A stretch of 64,000 nt of DNA, taken from the NCBI GenBank assembly GCA_045159875.1, contig CP067995.1:1440001-1504000 (forward strand), given 5' to 3'. Within the stretch, counting starts at the first letter, position 1, and each line of letters opens with the position of its first letter. This document shows positions 53,542-64,000 of the stretch, one piece after another. The notes beneath the pieces are model-generated. The model was not told the origin of the DNA. It saw nothing but the letters and a program-made list of their open reading frames with translations, and did no database searches. Origin of the DNA: a cyanobacterium endosymbiont of Rhopalodia gibba (GTDB taxonomy: Bacteria > Cyanobacteriota > Cyanobacteriia > Cyanobacteriales > Microcystaceae). Position numbers and translations under genes: made by a program.

Positions 53542-53976
53542 ATGGTTTTATCTGTTGGAACTATTGCACCAGACTTTACTACTACAGATGATGAGGGCAA
53601 AACTGTTTCCTTATCCGATTTTAAAGGCAAAGTCATTGTTATGTATTTTTATCCCAAAGATGATACCCCTGGTTGTACCAAAGAAGCTCAAAGTTTCCGT
53701 GATAATTACGATCAGTATCAGGGTAAAGAAATAGTTGTCTTTGGAGTTAGTATGGACGGACAAGCCTCCCACCGTAAATTTAAGGAGAAGTATGGCTTAC
53801 CCTTTCAACTCCTTGTTGATACTGATGGAGAGATCACTAAGGACTACGATGTAGACGGCGGTGGTCATTCTAAGCGTGTTACCTACATTATAGGTGCTGA
53901 AGGCAAAATTAACTATGTAGATGAAAAGGTTAAAACTGACAGTCACGCCCAAGATATTTTGGCAGCATTAGGATAA
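53542..53976 (+). CDS. bcp: Peroxiredoxin Q / Bcp (single Cys)
   Basis: APDF, YFYPKDDTPGCTKEA, FKEKYGLPF.LL.D. Confidence 0.93.
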   Translation: MVLSVGTIAPDFTTTDDEGKTVSLSDFKGKVIVMYFYPKDDTPGCTKEAQSFRDNYDQYQGKEIVVFGVSMDGQASHRKFKEKYGLPFQLLVDTDGEITKDYDVDGGGHSKRVTYIIGAEGKINYVDEKVKTDSHAQDILAALG

Positions 53977-53987
53977 TAAGTGAACTA

Positions 53988-54016
53988 TTTTCAGGTGGGT
54001 ATAGCCCACCTGAAAA
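53988..54016. terminator. Bidirectional terminator between bcp and tRNA-Ser
   Basis: TTTTCAGGTGGG-TATAG-CCCACCTGAAAA. Confidence 0.7.
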
Positions 54017-54032
54017 AATTCGGTGACTGTAA

Positions 54033-54119
54033 CGGAGAGGGAGGGATTTGAACCCTCGTCTGAGCTACCTCAGAAGCGGTTTTCGAGACCGCCGCATTCA
54101 ACCACTCTGCCACCTCTCC
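54033..54119 (-). tRNA. trnS: tRNA-Ser(CGA)
   Basis: GGAGAGGTGGCAGAGTGGTTGAATGCGGCGGTCTCGAAAACCGC...GGTTCAAATCCCTCCCTCTCCG. Confidence 0.95.
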
Positions 54120-54769
54120 AAAGGTTGGTGTTCTTCTTTCTATTATATAGTGGAAAGGAGAGGTGAAATACTCATTATGACTCTTAAAATTTATCGGAAG
54201 TTAATTTTTAATATATTCTTTGTTTGAAATCTAAGGGACAACTAACTGTTTATGATCAATGCTACATCCGATAGTCTTTCCACTTAGTGAGTGTATTATG
54301 TCTCCTGATAGTGATGATCAATCGATAGTGAATAATTTCAATATGTTCATTGTTGGTAATTTTTACTAGTATCCCCTCAATGGCAATATAGAGCTAGAGC
54401 TACGATACGCTCCTAATTTTCAGTCTATCCCACAACAGGTGTAGGGAATGGTCTTTTAGGTAGTCAAAAAATAAGCAGATTACAACACTACAAGTGATGT
54501 TTGAGGACTTTTCCTCCAATAACATTTTAATAGATAGATTTTTCCTCATTTGAAAATTTGTTTTGAGGTAAACGAGAATAACTTTTTATAAGTTATTCCA
54601 AATGCTCAATCTTTCTTTACCGATGTAGGATTGAGGTGATTGAGGATTCTAGATATTTGCATGGTATTCAATAAGTGTTTAGTTTTTCGACGAGAAGCCC
54701 TGCTCTTTAACGATAGTTCAGCATAGGGATATGCTGACAAACACACCCCACATATTGAAACTTGCAAAC

Positions 54770-57682
54770 CTAAATTGGAAATCTTTTGAGTTTAGTCACA
54801 GCGTCCTTAGCTGATTTTTTAAGATAGCTAGAAATATTTGGAATCTGGGGAATTTGCAAAAGAAGATCAATAGTTCGTCGCAACAAGCGGACTAAATCCC
54901 CTTCGTCAAGACTCGTATTCTCGCACAATTCCTGCCAGTCTGTCCCTAATGCCCACTGTTCAATTACTCCCGTTAATTCTAACTCTAACCACACTGGAAT
55001 AGCGATATCATACCGAGACTGAGATTGGAAAAGAAGACGACGAATTTCCCTCAAACTTATTTCTTTTTCATTTGAATAGTTAAAAACATCTAAGATCTCT
55101 GGGGAGGGCAAGTAATTCGTCCAGGTGTCGGGACGCAAGGTTTCAGTAATTAAGGCACTGACCACAGCAGCCAGATGATGAGACTCTAAACGTTCGAGAG
55201 AGCCCGACATAATTACCAGCCCTAACCAAAGTTCGTTTTCTCCTCGAATGGCGGCGCAAGCTTGTCCTAGAGTCGTGGGTTCATAACCATGAAATGCTTT
55301 AAACTCTCGTAAAATATCAATTAAATTAAGGAATTCTTCCCAATAATAGGATTGACGAGATTGGAGTTTATGAAATCTGACATGGCTGATATGGAGTTGT
55401 TCTCGGAGTTTCAATCGTTGACGGTGTAGTTTTAGTAAACGAGTTGGATTTTTTTGTTGGGAGAAGGAATGGCTGTCTAGTTTCTCTTGAATGTGATTAA
55501 CACGTTGCTGTTGTTCGATTACCTCCGGGGCGATCTTCAAAGAAAAAACATGATCACTTATTTGACTATGGATCTTCACAAAATTCTCATCGCCTTTATG
55601 ACTTTTCCCGAAAGGAATCGTATCAAGATCGGGCAAATTTAGTTCTTTAATTAAATTGAGGGGGAGAGAAGTCTCACTGATATCGACCACATCGCTAGGT
55701 TTTACTCTATACCAATAGTTATCTTGCCCTAAACATAAATAATCATGAGACTTTCCTGATCCAGGAACTATTGCCACTAATACGGCTAAATGAGGACTGC
55801 ACAATTTTAGCCGTTTTCCTTTGAGATAAAAAATAGCTCCTAAATTTAATTTATCCAATTGAGGAGATATTTCTTGTTTACGATTTTTCTCTGCTTGCTG
55901 TTGTAGAATTTTTAGCAATCGCTGTTCTTCTTTAAGACGAGCCTTGAGTTTCTCGTAAGTAAAGAGATCGGTTTCTGTCAGTCCTGCTAAATCAATATCC
56001 ACTTTTGTTAATTCAGTGGTCAAACTGGCAATATTCCGCTGTTCAGGTTCTAACTTTAATTGGGCCAAGTATTCTGCAAAACTTCTCTCTAGTAAGTGTT
56101 TGGCTTCATCTAAGGTGTGTTTTTGCAACAGGTTTAAAACCATGCCATAGGAGGGAGTAAAACAACTTTTTAGATCTTCTGAGTTAGCTGTTGCCAGACA
56201 AGCGGCTTCTTTTGATCCTTCAAAGGGAGTTTGTACCGTTATTACATAACCTACTTTATCCATTCCTCGTCGTCCTGCCCGTCCAGCAATTTGCAAAAAT
56301 TCGGATGGTGTCAACATACTATGTCCAACATCGGTGCGTTTGGAAAGGGCAGAAATCACCGTAGTTCGCGCTGGCATGTTAATTCCTGCTGATAAGGTTG
56401 CAGTGGCAAACACTACTTTAACTAAACCTGCCTCAAACAACTGCTCTACTAATTCCTTCCAGACAGGAAGAATTCCCGCATGGTGAGCAGCAATGCCTCT
56501 GGTTAGAGGTTCGAGTTGATCGCCTCTGACTAATTGACAACTATTAGCTAATAATTGAAATAGATAAATTTTGGCTTCTTCATCTTTTCTTAAACGATCA
56601 AACAGATCGGCATTATAATCTAGATTAGATAAAAAGTTTAATAATGGTTGGTACAGAAGAGGATTTTCAATTTGAACCACCTGAAGCAGACTTTTTTGAA
56701 GGGGGAGATTTCTGGAGAGAAAGAAGGTTAATAGATTATATTGTAAGGCGTGAGCTTCTTCTGGAGAAACTAAGGTTAGACCGTCGAGTCTCTGTACTGA
56801 TTGATCACACCCTCGACGACTAAAAATAACATAGATAGCAGGGAGTAAGTCCTGTTTATGGAGTTGTCTAATCACTGTCATTGGGTTAGGACAATCTTCA
56901 CGTTTAAGTCGCCTTTTTCTGTTTTGTTGTCCCTTAGATTTCAAACAAGGATTGAGAGAATTTTGTTTCTGGTTAAGGAGCGGAGAAAGTCCCGTTTTTC
57001 GACTAAAGTAAAACCGTAGGGGAACAGGACGAAAATCGGAATTAATCAACTTACACAGACTGACTGCATCAGTCTTTAAGTCGATACCAGGGGCAGTTCT
57101 TCGGACTTGATTGATCCAATTGGTAAGATCCTTAGGGTTGCCGATGGTAGCTGACAGGGCGACCAGTTGGATAATAGGAGGACAATAAATAATTGATTCT
57201 TCCCAGACTGTTCCACGATCTCGATTGCTGATATAGTGGCACTCATCTAAAATTACAGTAGCCACGTTTTCTAGAGACGTTCCTACCTGGCCGATAGGGG
57301 TTTCGTAAAGCATATTACGAAAAATTTCAGTGGTCATAATGACGATGGAAGCATTAGCATTAATTACTATGTCTCCCGTGATTAACCCTATTGGGTTTTG
57401 CTCGTCTTGGTCTACCTCTGGACAAAATTTATCTTGAAAATCACGAAATTTCTGATTTGAAAGGGCTTTCAGAGGAGTAGTATAAAAAACACGCTTACCT
57501 CTTGCTAAGGCATGGTAAATTGCATATTCCCCAATAACAGTCTTTCCTGAACCTGTGGGCGCACAGACAACAACAGACTTTCCCTCTGTCAGGGCTGTGA
57601 TTGCTTCTTTTTGAAACCCATCTAGTTCAAAAGGAAAAAGCTTATCTAAATTTAATGGAGACGGCTCTAAGGATTGTTTCAC
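54770..57682 (-). CDS. Ski2/HelY-like DEAD/DEAH-box RNA helicase with DSHCT domain
   Basis: APTGSGKT, PLKALSNQK, DECH, SAT, HHAG, GINMPA, QIAGRAGRRG, C-terminal DEGDLVR. Confidence 0.92.
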   Translation of the reverse strand: MKQSLEPSPLNLDKLFPFELDGFQKEAITALTEGKSVVVCAPTGSGKTVIGEYAIYHALARGKRVFYTTPLKALSNQKFRDFQDKFCPEVDQDEQNPIGLITGDIVINANASIVIMTTEIFRNMLYETPIGQVGTSLENVATVILDECHYISNRDRGTVWEESIIYCPPIIQLVALSATIGNPKDLTNWINQVRRTAPGIDLKTDAVSLCKLINSDFRPVPLRFYFSRKTGLSPLLNQKQNSLNPCLKSKGQQNRKRRLKREDCPNPMTVIRQLHKQDLLPAIYVIFSRRGCDQSVQRLDGLTLVSPEEAHALQYNLLTFFLSRNLPLQKSLLQVVQIENPLLYQPLLNFLSNLDYNADLFDRLRKDEEAKIYLFQLLANSCQLVRGDQLEPLTRGIAAHHAGILPVWKELVEQLFEAGLVKVVFATATLSAGINMPARTTVISALSKRTDVGHSMLTPSEFLQIAGRAGRRGMDKVGYVITVQTPFEGSKEAACLATANSEDLKSCFTPSYGMVLNLLQKHTLDEAKHLLERSFAEYLAQLKLEPEQRNIASLTTELTKVDIDLAGLTETDLFTYEKLKARLKEEQRLLKILQQQAEKNRKQEISPQLDKLNLGAIFYLKGKRLKLCSPHLAVLVAIVPGSGKSHDYLCLGQDNYWYRVKPSDVVDISETSLPLNLIKELNLPDLDTIPFGKSHKGDENFVKIHSQISDHVFSLKIAPEVIEQQQRVNHIQEKLDSHSFSQQKNPTRLLKLHRQRLKLREQLHISHVRFHKLQSRQSYYWEEFLNLIDILREFKAFHGYEPTTLGQACAAIRGENELWLGLVIMSGSLERLESHHLAAVVSALITETLRPDTWTNYLPSPEILDVFNYSNEKEISLREIRRLLFQSQSRYDIAIPVWLELELTGVIEQWALGTDWQELCENTSLDEGDLVRLLRRTIDLLLQIPQIPNISSYLKKSAKDAVTKLKRFPI

Positions 57683-58726
57683 TCAAGTTATACGTACGAT
57701 TAACTGTCAAAGGATCATATCTCTTTCCCTATTCCATTACGGTGGTCAGGGAATAAATACAAGAATAACATTGACATAGATAGATTTTGGGTAAACTGCT
57801 GCTTAATGATTCAGTAAATTTCTTTACAACAATTGTCATCTTAAACTTATTGAACAAAACATTGTACAAGTTTCCGAAAACGTCTGTCTTTCGTCATGGA
57901 AACCTTCTAGCCAAATCAAAGTCTCCAGCAATAATTTAGGGAAAGCATCTAATATGCCTTAATAACAGTATCTATTCGTAAAAATATACCTGAAAAATAG
58001 TGAATCAATAGAATTAATATGTTGGTAAATATAATTAAAAAAATCTTATATAGATTATTTGATGAAAAGAGTAACTCAAAAAATTTCCTATAGCTGAAAG
58101 AAAAATAAATAAAAATATAGAATTTTTTAAAGAGTTATTAAAAAAAAATAAAATCTCTATTACAGCTAACAATTAGCTAAATTTTTTAAAAATATAAGAC
58201 AAGTAAAATCGAATTACATAACAATCTATAGTCTTACTTTAAAGATAAGCTAAAAATAGAGAAAGAATAAAAGTGAGTATTAAATTCTATTTGTCTCTTC
58301 AAAAAAAAATTTTTTAAACAGATAATATTTTTTCAAACAAAGAGTCAAATTTGACTAAAAATATCCGCAGAATAAAAGAATAATTACTATAATTATTTTT
58401 AAAAATTATTTCTTGTATGTAAGTGATTTGATTGAAGTATTATTGAAATTATAGAAAATAAAATAATTATATTTATTTATCTACTGGCTTATAATCTAGA
58501 ACTAAACAGAATAGAAGGCGAATAGTTTTAAATAAAAGCTCACAAAGTTTTTAAAAAATATTTCAATATAAATATAATCGACTTATGGTAGTTAATCCAA
58601 AAGATATAAACTTAGGTATCATATATTTAATCTAAATTGTTTTGCTTAAGAATAAATAATTTTATTTTTAATATTTATTTAAAGCTACTTACTCGCTAAG
58701 TTTTATAACTAGAGTAAGTGTTACTA

Positions 58727-60109
58727 TTACTTGCCAATACAAAACCGGCTAAAGATTCTCTCTAAAATTGATTCTGTAACTTCGTCTCCAGTAATTTCTC
58801 CTAACGCTTTAATAGCAATACGTAGATCAATTGTCAAAAAATCTAAAGGTAATTGATTAGCCATAGTTTCTTGTACTTGTTCCAAAGCAAGTTTAACACG
58901 GGTTAAGACTTCTGCTTGCCGTTGATTAATGGCTAAATCTAAATCATCTGCTGTGATTTTTTGAATTCTAACCGATGCTAATATAGCTTTTTCTAAAGCT
59001 TCAACTCCTTGATTTTTTGAAGCGATTGTTTTAACAATTTGTTTAATTTTCGAGGGAAATTGTATTGATTCTATTGTTCCTAAATCAATTTTATTAATAA
59101 CTAAAATCAAGGGGCGGTGGCTTACTTGTTGATAAATTTCTTGATCCTCAGCAGTCCATCCTGCTTGGGCGTCAATAGTCAGTAAAATAAGGTCAGCATA
59201 ATTCGCCGCACGACGTGATCGCTCAACTCCCATTTTTTCAACTATATTCACAGTGTCTCGAATTCCGGCAGTGTCCCACACTTGGACAGGAATTCCTCCC
59301 ACTACTAACTGTGATTCTACTAAATCTCTAGTGGTTCCTGGTAAGTCAGTAACAATAGCGCGATCACACTGATTCCAAGCATTGAATAAACTTGATTTTC
59401 CCACATTGGGACGACCAACAATAGCTACTTTAATCCCACTGCGGAGTAATTCCCCTTGACTGGCTGTAACTAAAATCTTCTGTAATTTTGCTAAAATTTT
59501 TTCTAACCTCTCAATAATTAATTCTTTATTTAAAGAGGGTAAATCATCTTCAAAATCGATTCTAGCTTCTATTTCCGCGAGAACATCTAAGCAACTATCA
59601 TGGAGTTGATATATTGTTTTTGCTAGTTTTCCTTGCAATCCAGCTAATGCTATTTGAGATGCTTGAGCTGAACGCGCTCCCACCAATTCTGCTATGCTCT
59701 CAGCTTGGGTTAAGTCGATTCTACCGTTAAGAAATGCTCGCAGGGTAAATTCTCCAGGTTGTGCTAGTTTTGCTCCTAATTCTAAACATAATTGTAGAAC
59801 CTGCTGTACAGGAATTATGCCTCCATGACAGTGAAATTCCACAACATCTTCACGAGTATAAGAACGGGGAGCTAACATCAATAGTAAAAGGGCTTCGTCT
59901 ATCACCTTTTGGGTTCGAGGATGACGAATGTAACCGTAAAGAATACGATGGGTTTCCCAGAATTGCTTTCCAGGAAGCTCAAACAAAGTTTTGGCAATGG
60001 TTAAGGACTGGTTTCCCGATAGACGCACAATCCCGATGCTACCTTGTTGGGGAACGATAGCAGTAGCAATCGCGGCTATGGTTTCTCCTTGATTAATCAT
60101 CATAGTCAT
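58727..60109 (-). CDS. mnmE: tRNA modification GTPase MnmE (TrmE)
   Basis: [30 protein letters not shown]-terminal FCIGK. Confidence 0.98.
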   Translation of the reverse strand: MTMMINQGETIAAIATAIVPQQGSIGIVRLSGNQSLTIAKTLFELPGKQFWETHRILYGYIRHPRTQKVIDEALLLLMLAPRSYTREDVVEFHCHGGIIPVQQVLQLCLELGAKLAQPGEFTLRAFLNGRIDLTQAESIAELVGARSAQASQIALAGLQGKLAKTIYQLHDSCLDVLAEIEARIDFEDDLPSLNKELIIERLEKILAKLQKILVTASQGELLRSGIKVAIVGRPNVGKSSLFNAWNQCDRAIVTDLPGTTRDLVESQLVVGGIPVQVWDTAGIRDTVNIVEKMGVERSRRAANYADLILLTIDAQAGWTAEDQEIYQQVSHRPLILVINKIDLGTIESIQFPSKIKQIVKTIASKNQGVEALEKAILASVRIQKITADDLDLAINQRQAEVLTRVKLALEQVQETMANQLPLDFLTIDLRIAIKALGEITGDEVTESILERIFSRFCIGK

Positions 60110-60265
60110 GCGTTAACTGGTTTTTTTATAATCGATCTCCTTATTATCAGTTAAAATTGCTCAATTATTCTCATTATCATTTATATTCCTTGATAGCATT
60201 TATACACAAGGCTTACCAGGGTGGAGTCTTTTGACAGTGATAGGTAAAATGCTCAATTAGGTAAA

Positions 60266-61129
60266 CTATGAAGGTGTTTTCTCAAGACTTTTTAGGAGGG
60301 CTTTGATCCTAGGGGTAGCTAGAAATATTTTAGTATCTTTTAAGAGCTTAGTCCCCCAGAGATTATCTTCTAAAAATTGCAATTCACCATAGCGACTGTC
60401 CAGTTTTAAGGCGGCTTCCCCTAACTTAAGTCCTTCCTCTGTTTTCCCTTGAGCATATAAGGCTACCGCTACAGCTAATTTGGGTTCTGCCTGTTCAGAA
60501 TCAATAGTTAATGCTGCTTGCCACTCTTCAATTGCGCTTTTGGTATCTCCTTCTTCGTACTTAATCAAACCAATATTATTAACCGCAGGCCAAAAATTTT
60601 TTTCTTGGGTAATTGCCTTTTTATAAACTGTAATTGCATCTGTAATTTTTTTTAATTTTAGATAGGAATTACCTAAATCAAACAAAGCTGCGGGGGTATC
60701 TGGTTTAAGAACAAGTCCCTCTTCTAATTCCCTTACCGCCGCTCGATATTTTCCTTGTTGAAAATAGGCATTTCCTAAGGTAAATTTAATTCCTGCTTCT
60801 TCTGGGGCTATGGATAATGCTTTTTGTAATGCCTCAATCGCTTGATCTAATTCTTGTTTTTGAATATATAAAGTCCCTAAAATAAACCAAGGTTGATATT
60901 GAGTTGGAGCAAGTTGGGTAGCCAGTTTAGCCCTTGACAGGGCTAACTCGTATTGTTGAAAACGAACTAACTGTACCGCATCCTCGGCTAATTCTAAACC
61001 CCGTTGTTCCAATTGTTCTAAGTTTAATTGGGGAGTGTAGGGCAGAAGGGCCTGTCCCATTACGGGGGTCATCAAAGTCCAAAAACCTGTTAAAGCAAAT
61101 AGGGAAAGCAACCAGTTACGTTTAGGCAC
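60266..61129 (-). CDS. Tetratricopeptide repeat protein with signal peptide
   Basis: Signal-like N-terminus; TPR units (LGNAYFQQGKY..A, LGNSYLK, NNIGLIKYEEG). Confidence 0.88.
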   Translation of the reverse strand: MPKRNWLLSLFALTGFWTLMTPVMGQALLPYTPQLNLEQLEQRGLELAEDAVQLVRFQQYELALSRAKLATQLAPTQYQPWFILGTLYIQKQELDQAIEALQKALSIAPEEAGIKFTLGNAYFQQGKYRAAVRELEEGLVLKPDTPAALFDLGNSYLKLKKITDAITVYKKAITQEKNFWPAVNNIGLIKYEEGDTKSAIEEWQAALTIDSEQAEPKLAVAVALYAQGKTEEGLKLGEAALKLDSRYGELQFLEDNLWGTKLLKDTKIFLATPRIKALLKSLEKTPS

Positions 61130-61338
61130 GATATTTTTGTTAAAGTCTTTCAGAATAGCTAGTTGGTCATCCCAATTATTGTAGTCTGTCTCGTTCTAAT
61201 TTGGTTGGACGATAGTGTTGACAAATTTGGCGATTATGGGTTGTGTCAAGACGGAATTAATTTTAATTAAGTTTAAACCAAAAAAGGATGGGTTAGACTA
61301 AACCTTTTAAAAGTTGCAGCATTAATGATAGACTTGTC

Positions 61339-61377
61339 AAAACCCGTGAATATTTACATAAAATATTCACGGGTTTT
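61339..61377. repeat. 17-bp perfect inverted repeat, 5-nt loop (could act as a terminator)
   Basis: AAAACCCGTGAATATTT-ACATA-AAATATTCACGGGTTTT. Confidence 0.9.
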
Positions 61378-62168
61378 TTGCGTATAAATTATAAATTTAA
61401 ATCTAATATTTTAACTTAATTTTATTAGTTAAAATAATCTTTTTAAGAAGTTAGCTATTATACATGATCAAATAATAAATAAAACTATTTTAAGATATCT
61501 TCTTTTGAGATAAAATCTGATAAATGCTAAAAATAAAATTGCAAAAAAATTAGTTTTTTAAAAAAATTTTTAAATAGTGATATTAAAAATATTTCAAAAT
61601 AAACAATAAACCGAGTAAACAGTAAATTATGGTAATTAAAAAATTAAGTTAAAAATTGGAGATGTGAAAAATTCAGACATTAAACCCCTTGACATTCAAT
61701 CAATAAAACTGTCTTGATTAAAAGCAAAAAAATTATCGTATACATGATAGTTTCGATAAATAAAAAGTTAAATATAAAAATACTAATGTATGAAGTAATA
61801 ATTAAATATCTAGAATATTAATACAAAAAATTTTAAAAAAAATTAAAAAAATTAATGTAAATTCTAGAAGACTAAAAAAATCAATCGATATCATAAATTG
61901 AAGTAGAAATAAGTATGTTTTGGGGTGTTAAAACGGTTAATATTTAATCAAATAATAAAATTTTAGTTAATAAAAAAAAATTAAATAAAAATGAATATAT
62001 GTTATCTTTAACAGACAAACTTAAAATAAAAAATTAAGAATTAAGCTCAGATCATAAAACATCACTATTATTCTCGATTTTTTTTAAATAAAAGAGACCG
62101 AATACAAGAGCTATGAGAGTCAACTCATTGGACTCAAAAGAATTATTTATTTTTTTTATAAAAATGTG

Positions 62169-62212
62169 AGATAAATAGGTAGTAATTTTTCTAAATTACT
62201 ACCTATTTATCT
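62169..62212. repeat. 20-bp perfect inverted repeat, 4-nt loop
   Basis: AGATAAATAGGTAGTAATTT-TTCT-AAATTACTACCTATTTATCT. Confidence 0.93.
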
Positions 62213-62507
62213 TTTACAAACAAAAAGTAGTATCAAAAATTAGTAATAAATTGAAGTTAATTAAAAGAATAGCTAACTTATAGATTTATACATTGTGTCA
62301 GCATTTAATTATTGTATTTTTTAAGTTAACATTACATTAGTAAATTTTATATGATGAATTCAGTCATATCAAAATAGTCTTGATTATTGTTAGTATTTCC
62401 TGTATAACTAATATAATTATAGTCTTTTACAGCTTGAACAAAGAGAGAATAAGACTCCCATTGTTTATCCTTAATTGTATTTTCTCCATAGATAAAAAAG
62501 CTTTACT

Positions 62508-63359
62508 ATGCCTCATAGTCTTACCCTAAAATCAAAATACCAATGTTTTGGAGGAACTGTTGCCTACTACAGTCATCAGTCTCAATTTTGTAATCATCCG
62601 ATGAATTTCGCTGTTTATCTTCCGCCTAAAGCAAAAACTGAACCTGTCCCAGTTTTGTATTATTTACCGGGATTAACTTGTACAGAAGAAAATTTTGTTA
62701 TCAAAGCTGGAGCACAGCAGTTTGCTGCTATATACGGCATTATGCTAGTAGTTCCTGACACTAGTCCTCGCGATACAGAGATCCTAGAAGAAGATAAAAC
62801 TTGGGACTTAGGAAGTGGGGCAGGGTTTTATGTTGATGCTACCATTGAACCATGGAACAGCCATTATCAAATGTATAGTTATGTTGCAAAAGAATTGTAC
62901 AGTTTAATACAGAATAATTTTAATGTAAATAGGGATAAAACTAGTATTTTTGGTCATTCCATGGGAGGTCATGGGGCGTTGATTTGTGGATTGAAAAATC
63001 CTCAACAATATACCTCAGTTTCTGCTTTTGCTCCTATTACATCACCAATTCATTGTCTTTCAGGAAAAAAAGCATTTACAGCTTATTTAGGAAACGATAA
63101 AAGCAATTGGTATCAATATGATGCAAGTGAATTAGTTAAACAAACTCAGCTTCGATATCCACTTTTAATTGATCAAGGCTTAGCTGATCCTTTTTATTAT
63201 CAGAAGCAATTATTACCAGAAAGATTTAAAGAAATTTGCGAACATGTCGGACAATCTTTAATTTTAAGATTTCATCAAGAATATGATCACAGTTATTTTA
63301 TGATCTCTAGTTTTATTGAAGATCACATCAGCTATCATGCTATGTATTTAAATAGTTAA
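62508..63359 (+). CDS. fghA: S-formylglutathione hydrolase
   Basis: GLTCTEENF..KAGAQ, GAGFYVDAT..PW, GHSMGGHGAL, DQG.AD, YDHSYF. Confidence 0.95.
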   Translation: MPHSLTLKSKYQCFGGTVAYYSHQSQFCNHPMNFAVYLPPKAKTEPVPVLYYLPGLTCTEENFVIKAGAQQFAAIYGIMLVVPDTSPRDTEILEEDKTWDLGSGAGFYVDATIEPWNSHYQMYSYVAKELYSLIQNNFNVNRDKTSIFGHSMGGHGALICGLKNPQQYTSVSAFAPITSPIHCLSGKKAFTAYLGNDKSNWYQYDASELVKQTQLRYPLLIDQGLADPFYYQKQLLPERFKEICEHVGQSLILRFHQEYDHSYFMISSFIEDHISYHAMYLNS

Positions 63360-64000
63360 TCTAACTTAAGTAGAGTAGATAATATTTACTATATTTTACG
63401 TAAATATGGCCAAATACTCAAAATTAAACTTAATTCAACTTAAAACATCAAACAACTTTTCCTAGAGACTTTTTATAAGCGTGAGTTCGACTGAAAGTTA
63501 TGAAGGGAAAAGGAAGTAGCAGTTCTATGCTATGAGCAACATTCATTAATGTTACCTGTTTAAAACAAGCATTAAAAAAAATATTTTTCAATCTAGTTAG
63601 TTATCTATCATAATTTTCTAAAGCGTAGCTTATACTTTTTGGTGGGGAATCTCAATATGCTGTTTCTTACAGACTCATATGGGCAAAATCATAAGAATTA
63701 GTTCATTAATTTTATTTAAATAAAAATCTATTACCAGCATTGTAGTAAGGCATGCTAAAGTTTTAAAAACTTAATTATTTTAGAGCAAAACTCTGTTAAA
63801 TAACATTAAAAATTTAAACTTTTTAAAAGTTTAAATAATCGGTCTAGATATTAGCTTTAAAATTGACTAAAAGCAATAAATAAGACCATAAAGTTCTTTA
63901 TTAACTAGCAGAACATCTAAGGAATAGATTATTATATTTATCTATAAATTTTTTTTGAAAAACTATAATAATAGCTCTATTACAAGAATTTTTAAGTACG

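Overview
This window comes from a cyanobacterial genome that is being reduced. Intact housekeeping genes of the unicellular Cyanothece/Crocosphaera type are separated by 1-3.4 kb of extremely AT-rich non-coding DNA and recognisable pseudogenes. Intact features: dapL (partial), a full rRNA operon (16S-tRNA-Ile-23S-5S), pgm, pth, PSRP-3, atpD/atpC, ppx, plqA/ubiA, asparaginase-CGLD27-rsfS, an S8 protease, clpC, rimI, a Sua5/YciO-family gene, larC, a PlsC-like acyltransferase, cbiJ, cobQ, bcp, a HelY-like helicase, mnmE, fghA and three further tRNAs. Pseudogenes read by hand translation: photosystem II psb30/ycf12, iaaA, a dihydroorotate-dehydrogenase-like gene, rfbC, yqeK, DUF29 and probably Uma2. 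The pattern best fits a non-photosynthetic endosymbiont such as the spheroid body (diazoplast) of rhopalodiacean diatoms; this is inference, since no database search was run. The most unusual signals are: (1) about a dozen long, perfect inverted repeats with unrelated sequences, found only in decayed DNA, including loop-less 46 and 50 bp palindromes and one inside a pseudogene with a 4-bp duplication mirrored in both arms, which suggests they form de novo by template switching; (2) position-specific erosion of the HIP1 octamer at its methylated cytosine; (3) a small intact DUF2256 gene that the ORF track missed, surviving next to a dead iaaA. No CRISPR array, intact mobile element or defence system was seen.
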